Origin: an uncultured Trueperaceae bacterium | Lineage (GTDB): Bacteria > Deinococcota > Deinococci > Deinococcales > Trueperaceae | NCBI GenBank assembly: GCA_963727505.1 | Contig: CAVSGP010000005.1 | Coordinates: 192,001-256,000 of the forward strand | DNA: 64,000 nt | Reading direction: 5' to 3' | Part shown: positions 58,641 to 64,000 of the stretch, in pieces | Layout of the letters: each line of letters starts with the position of its first letter | Position numbering within the stretch: the stretch's first letter is position 1 | The notes under the pieces: generated by a model | Told to the model about the DNA's origin: nothing | Database searches by the model: none | Seen by the model: only the letters and a program-made list of their open reading frames with translations | Made by a program: the position numbers and the translations under genes

Positions 58641-61255
58641 CCGCCCGCGAGCGCCTCCGCCACCAGCCGCTGCACCACGGTCGGCTCGGCGCGCCCCTGC
58701 GTGCGACGCATCACCTGGCCCACGAAGAAGCCCCGCAGACCCTCCTTGCCGCCGCGGTAACTGGCGACCTCAGCCGGATGGTCGGCCAGCACGCTCGCGA
58801 TGATCTCGCGCACGGCGTCCTCGTCGTCGAGGCGCTCGAGGCCGCGCTCATGCACCAGCATCTCCGGGTCGGTGCCGGTGCGGACGACCTCCTCGAACAG
58901 CTCGCGTGCCACGGGTAGCGTCACCGTGCCGCGCTCGACCAGCCTCACCAGGTGCGCCAGGCGCTCGGGCGTGACGCCCAGCTCGGCCAGCGGCCGGTCC
59001 TTGAGCGCGCGCACCAGATCGTTCACCACCCAGTTGGCGATCGCCATCGGGTCGGGCTGTTCGGCGACGGCGGCCTCGAAGAAGCCGGCCAGCTCGTCCC
59101 GCCCGGCGATGAGGGCGGCGTCGTCGACGGCCAGGCCCAGCTCGCGGCGGTAGCGCTCGAAGGTCTCGCGCTGGCGGGGCTCGAGCCCCGCCAGCGGATC
59201 GGGCTGCGCACTTCCGGCGTCACTTCCGGCATCACGGCCGGCCTTCTCGCCTGCACGGTCGCCCGCACGGCCCCCTGTACGGTCGTTCGCACGGTCGCCC
59301 GCACGGCCCCCCGCACGCTCGCCCGCGTCGGGCGACGCCCCTGCGCCCTCCTCGGTAGCCGCGCCGGCCTCCACCGACGCGCTGGCGCGCCGCCACGTCC
59401 CGTCGCCGCTCGCCGAACCGTCCGTCGAACCGTCGGTCGAACCGTCCGTCGAACCGTCCGGGTTCGTCGCACCGTCGGCCGCACGGTCGCCGGGCCGGGA
59501 GGCTGCGCCCTGCTGGGCTGGCGCGTCTCGGCCCAGGTCGCGACGCGCCTTCTCGCGGCGCGCCCAGGAGTCCTTGAGCGTGATGATGCGGTTGAAGACC
59601 AGCGCCTCCCGGCGTCCCTCCTCGGGGTCGCGCCAGAAGTAACCGAGGCGCTCGAACTGGTAGCGCGTGTCGGCGTCGTCGCCGGCCAGGCTCGGCTCCA
59701 CGAAGCCGTGCCGCACCACCAGCGAGGCGGGGTTGAGGTGTTCGAGGAAGTCGCTGCCGTCGGCTCCCGGTTCCGGCACGGTGAAGAGCCGGTCGTAGAG
59801 CCGGAACTCGGCCGGCAGGGCGTGGTCGGCCGACAGCCAATGGATGGCGGCGCCGACCTTCACCCCGTCGGGATTGCGTCCCAGGGTGCCTTCCAGCAGG
59901 CTGCAGCGCAGCTCGCGCACGCTGCCGTCGGCGTCCTTCACCACCTCATCGCAACGGATGACGTAGGCGTGGCGCAGTCGCACCGCGCGCCCGGGTGCCA
60001 GCCGCCGGAAGCCCTTGGGCGGGTCCTCGGCGAAGTCCTCGCGGTCGATGAGGAGCCGGGGGCCGAAGGGGACCGGGCGCTCCCCGTGCTTGGGTACGTC
60101 CGGCGGCCAGTAGGGGGCGGTCAGGGTCTCGTCGGCCGTGACGTTGGTGAGCACCACCGGCAGGGGGTCGGTCACGGCCATCACGCGCGGCGCGCTGGTG
60201 TTGAGATCGTCGCGCACGGAGTGCTCCAGCAGCGCCACGTCGACCGTGCGGTTGGTGCGCGAGACACCGATGCGCGCCGCGAAGTCGCGGATGGCCCCGG
60301 GCCGCACGCCGCGCCGCCGCAGGCCCGCCAGGGTGGGCATGCGCGGGTCGTCCCAGCCCACGACATGACCCTCGTTCACCAGCCGGATGAGGCGGCGCTT
60401 GCTGACCACCGTGTACTCCAGGTTGCGCCGGCCGAACTCGTACTGATGGGGGCGCTCCTCGCCCGGGAACAGGCGCGACACCAGCCAGTCGTAGAGCTCC
60501 CGGTTGTCGAGGAACTCGAGCGAGCACAGGCTGTGCGTCACGCCTTCGATGGCGTCGGAGAGCGGGTGCTGGAAGTCGTAGAAGGGGTAGATGCACCAGC
60601 CGTCGCCGGTGCGGTAGTGATGCGCGTGCACGATGCGGTAGAGCAGCGGGTCGCGCAGCTTCATGTTCGGGGATGCCAGGTCGATCCTGGCGCGCAGCAC
60701 GTGGGCGCCGGTCTCGAACTCGCCGGCGCGCATCCGCCGGAACAGGTCGAGGTTCTGCTCCACCGAGCGCTCGCGGAAGGGGCTCGGGGTGCCGGGCTGC
60801 TCGACGCTGCCGCGCATGCGCTGGATCTCGTCCGTCGGCAGGCTGTCGACGTAAGCGTCCCCCATGGTGATCAGCGTCTCGGCCAGCGCGTAGAGCCGCT
60901 CGAAGTAGTCCGAGGCGAAGCGCGTGGTCTCCCAATGCCAACCCAGCCAGCGCATGTCCTCCTCGATCGAGGTGACGTAGCGCATCTCCTCGACCTCGGG
61001 GTTGGTGTCGTCGAAGCGCAGGTTGCAGACGCCCCCGTAGTCGGCGGCGAGCCCGAAGTCCAGGAAGCTGGCGAAGGCGTGCCCGATGTGGGCGTAGCCG
61101 TTCGGCTCCGGGGGGAAACGCGTGACAACGCCCCGAGGGCGCCCGCTCTCGAGGTCGCGGTCGATGATGTCGGTGATGAAGTTGGGTTGCACGCGCCGCG
61201 GGTGGTCGTCGTTCGTCCCGGGGCTCGGCGCGGGGTCCTCACGAGGGGCTGTCAC
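58637..61255 (-). CDS. glnS: Glutamine--tRNA ligase with C-terminal YqeY/GatB-like domain
   Basis: TRFPPEPNGYAHIGH, RFDDTNP, VVSKR, WDDPRMPT, YQFERLGYF; C-terminal ANWVVND..GFFVGQVMR..G. Confidence 0.96.
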   Translation of the reverse strand: MTAPREDPAPSPGTNDDHPRRVQPNFITDIIDRDLESGRPRGVVTRFPPEPNGYAHIGHAFASFLDFGLAADYGGVCNLRFDDTNPEVEEMRYVTSIEEDMRWLGWHWETTRFASDYFERLYALAETLITMGDAYVDSLPTDEIQRMRGSVEQPGTPSPFRERSVEQNLDLFRRMRAGEFETGAHVLRARIDLASPNMKLRDPLLYRIVHAHHYRTGDGWCIYPFYDFQHPLSDAIEGVTHSLCSLEFLDNRELYDWLVSRLFPGEERPHQYEFGRRNLEYTVVSKRRLIRLVNEGHVVGWDDPRMPTLAGLRRRGVRPGAIRDFAARIGVSRTNRTVDVALLEHSVRDDLNTSAPRVMAVTDPLPVVLTNVTADETLTAPYWPPDVPKHGERPVPFGPRLLIDREDFAEDPPKGFRRLAPGRAVRLRHAYVIRCDEVVKDADGSVRELRCSLLEGTLGRNPDGVKVGAAIHWLSADHALPAEFRLYDRLFTVPEPGADGSDFLEHLNPASLVVRHGFVEPSLAGDDADTRYQFERLGYFWRDPEEGRREALVFNRIITLKDSWARREKARRDLGRDAPAQQGAASRPGDRAADGATNPDGSTDGSTDGSTDGSASGDGTWRRASASVEAGAATEEGAGASPDAGERAGGRAGDRANDRTGGRAGDRAGEKAGRDAGSDAGSAQPDPLAGLEPRQRETFERYRRELGLAVDDAALIAGRDELAGFFEAAVAEQPDPMAIANWVVNDLVRALKDRPLAELGVTPERLAHLVRLVERGTVTLPVARELFEEVVRTGTDPEMLVHERGLERLDDEDAVREIIASVLADHPAEVASYRGGKEGLRGFFVGQVMRRTQGRAEPTVVQRLVAEALAGG

Positions 61256-61401
61256 GTCGTCGACTCCTTTGATCCAGCGCGCCGCCGTGCCGTAGGCACG
61301 AGTCGGCCACGCCAGGCGCATCCTGCGCCGTTGCCAAGCTTAGCGTACGAGACCGCTCGGGCACGAAGTCCGGTCGCGCTGTCGCGCGGACGTGCGGGCC
61401 C

Positions 61402-62331
61402 TCAGCGCAGGATCACCAGCGTGACGAAGTAGTAGGTCACGGGCACTGCGAACAGGGAGCTGTCGATGCGGTCGAGGACCCCGCCCTGGCCGGGCAGGAA
61501 GATACCGGCGTCCTTCACCCCCACCCAGCGCTTGACGAGCGACTCGAAGAGGTCGCCGAGCTGCGCGGCGCTGCCGACCAGCAGGCTGAAGAGCAGCCCG
61601 TCGTAGAGGTCGACGTGGAGGTGCGCCACCCGCTCCAGCGCGAAGGTGGCGGCGGCCACCACCCCTACCGATAGGATCAGGCCGCCGAGCGAGCCCTCCA
61701 CGGTCTTGTTGGGGCTGATGAGGGGCGCGAGTTTGCGCCGTCCCAGCCAGGACCCGATGGCGTAGGCGCCGACGTCGGAGGCCACGATGGCCAGCATCGG
61801 GAGGGTCAGGTACCACAGGCCCAGAACGCCGTCAGGGGTGTAGCGCAGGGTGACGATGTAGCCGAACAGCCAGGGGATGTACAGGTAGGCGAACAGCGAG
61901 TAGACGATGGTGTTGACCGAGTCGTGGCGCGGCGCCACCATCTCCACCCCGATGAGGTAGAGCGCGAACAGCCCGAGCAGCAGCTCGCGCCAGCTCACGC
62001 CGGCGACGAGGGGCTGCATGCCGGGGTAGGTGGCGGGCAGGGAGGCGGGTAGGGTCAGGACGGCGGCTACCCACAGGCTGCGCTTGCGTACGCGGATGCC
62101 TCGCAGCGCTACCATCGACGCGAACTCCTGCACCGCGATGAGCGTCAGTACCAGGTAGAGGGGCGCCAGTAGCGGCAGCCCCACCCAGAACACGATCAGG
62201 GCAGCCAGGAAGGCGGCGAAGGCGCTGGCGATGCGGGCCACGTGGACGCCCTCCCTGCGACGCGGCGGGGTCTCCTCGACGGCCGTCAGTGCCAGGCGTT
62301 CGCGGCCCGTGCCCTCGACGCGCTCGTTCAC
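61402..62331 (-). CDS. cdsA: Phosphatidate cytidylyltransferase
   Basis: SDVGAYAIG, ISPNKTVEG, GDLFESLVKR..VKD..LPGQGGVLDRIDS. Confidence 0.94.
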   Translation of the reverse strand: MNERVEGTGRERLALTAVEETPPRRREGVHVARIASAFAAFLAALIVFWVGLPLLAPLYLVLTLIAVQEFASMVALRGIRVRKRSLWVAAVLTLPASLPATYPGMQPLVAGVSWRELLLGLFALYLIGVEMVAPRHDSVNTIVYSLFAYLYIPWLFGYIVTLRYTPDGVLGLWYLTLPMLAIVASDVGAYAIGSWLGRRKLAPLISPNKTVEGSLGGLILSVGVVAAATFALERVAHLHVDLYDGLLFSLLVGSAAQLGDLFESLVKRWVGVKDAGIFLPGQGGVLDRIDSSLFAVPVTYYFVTLVILR

Positions 62332-62430
62332 GCGTTCGCCGCCCCCCCGTTCACGACCACTTCACGCCGTCCCTCGCGCGCACGTCGCCCATGGGCCCGA
62401 CCTCCCAGCCACTCGCCACCCCGAAGTCCG

Positions 62431-62985
62431 TCACACGGCGAGGATGTCCTCTTCCTTGCCCTTCACGCGGTTGTCGACGTCCGCCGTGAACTCGTCGGTC
62501 AGCTTCTGCACCTCGGCCTCCCCGTGGCGCAGATCGTCCTCGGTGATGTCGTTCTCCTTCTGCATGCTCTTGAGGCTGTCGTTGCTGTCGCGGCGGATGT
62601 TGCGGAGCGCGACGCGCGCCTCCTCGGCCATGTTGTGGACGGCGCGCACCAGGTCGCGCCGGCGCTCGTCGTTGAGTGCCGGCACGCTGATGAAGATGGC
62701 GTCGCCCTGGTTGTTCGGGTTGAAGCCGAGGTCGCTCTCCTGGATCGCGCGCTCGATCTCCTTGGTCGCAGACTTGTCGAACGGCGTGATGAGCAGGGTG
62801 CGTGGATCGGGGCTGGAGATGGAGGCGAGCTGGGCAAGCGGCACGCTGCTGCCGTAGTACTCGACCATCACGCGATTGAGGATGGCGGGGTTGGCGCGGC
62901 CGGTCCGCACGGTCGCGACGTTCGACTCGAAGGCCTCAAGGGACTTCTCCATGCGTTCCCGCGTTTCCTTCAGGACGCTCTTCAT
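62431..62985 (-). CDS. frr: Ribosome recycling factor
   Basis: VRTGRANP, VEYYG, LNDERRRDL, ARVALRNIRRD. Confidence 0.97.
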   Translation of the reverse strand: MKSVLKETRERMEKSLEAFESNVATVRTGRANPAILNRVMVEYYGSSVPLAQLASISSPDPRTLLITPFDKSATKEIERAIQESDLGFNPNNQGDAIFISVPALNDERRRDLVRAVHNMAEEARVALRNIRRDSNDSLKSMQKENDITEDDLRHGEAEVQKLTDEFTADVDNRVKGKEEDILAV

Positions 62986-63102
62986 CAGCGGTACCTCCTG
63001 CCGTTCGCTTCGTCTGGCGCCCAGTCTACCGCGTGGGGCGCGATTTCACCCGGGGGACGGCGGGATCGGCAGGGCGCTGTCAGCGAGAGGATGCAGGTTG
63101 CG

Positions 63103-63834
<732 letters not shown>

Positions 63835-64000
63835 CTACTCCCCGATGGCGATGCGCGTGAAGCGCCCCACCTGGATGTTCTCGCCGATGGTCGCGATGGT
63901 TTCCTTGATCAGGGTGTCGACCGTCTTCTTGTCGTCCTTGATGTAGGGCTGCTCGAGCAGGCAGATCTCGGCGAAGAACTTGTTCAGCCGCCCTTCGGAG
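63835..64000 (-). CDS. tsf: Elongation factor Ts, C-terminal end (partial)
   Basis: [42 protein letters not shown]; tsf-pyrH-frr synteny. Confidence 0.95.
   Translation of the reverse strand, partial: SEGRLNKFFAEICLLEQPYIKDDKKTVDTLIKETIATIGENIQVGRFTRIAIGE

Noticed and set aside
58952..61432. 826-aa plus-strand ORF
   Set aside because: Shadow of glnS.

Overview
GC-rich bacterial chromosomal segment, most likely Deinococcota (Trueperaceae-like). This is inferred from the RpoD C-terminus [15 protein letters not shown], GlnRS with a YqeY tail, DnaJ without a zinc finger, a Thermus-type GH42/gal cluster and many leaderless promoters. Most genes are housekeeping or metabolic: P-type ATPase, aldo-keto reductase, selU-selD, ymdB, GGDEF-EAL, gndA, rpoD, a galactoside ABC-GH42-galT-galK cluster, a lexA/crp divergon, nfuA, ade-guaD-SAM hydrolase-like, dnaK-grpE-dnaJ, a PPIase, pdxH, MFS-TetR, an AddAB-like pair, csp, dodecin, nagA, glnS and cdsA-frr-pyrH-tsf. 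I saw no CRISPR array, tRNA/rRNA or transposase. Best discoveries: (1) a candidate SARP-STAND regulon, where identical CTAGACG-N4-CTAGACG-N9-CATnCT promoters precede a 66-aa unknown protein and an Ig-like lipoprotein next to a 1171-aa wHTH-BTAD-NTPase-TPR regulator; (2) an unannotated candidate sRNA at about 44.62-44.75 kb that shares a TGTAAG direct-repeat promoter with a single-domain response regulator; (3) a candidate LexA operator; (4) selU-selD beside a pepA remnant; (5) a SAM-hydrolase-family protein with altered catalytic motifs. All calls come from reading motifs by eye; no database searches were run.
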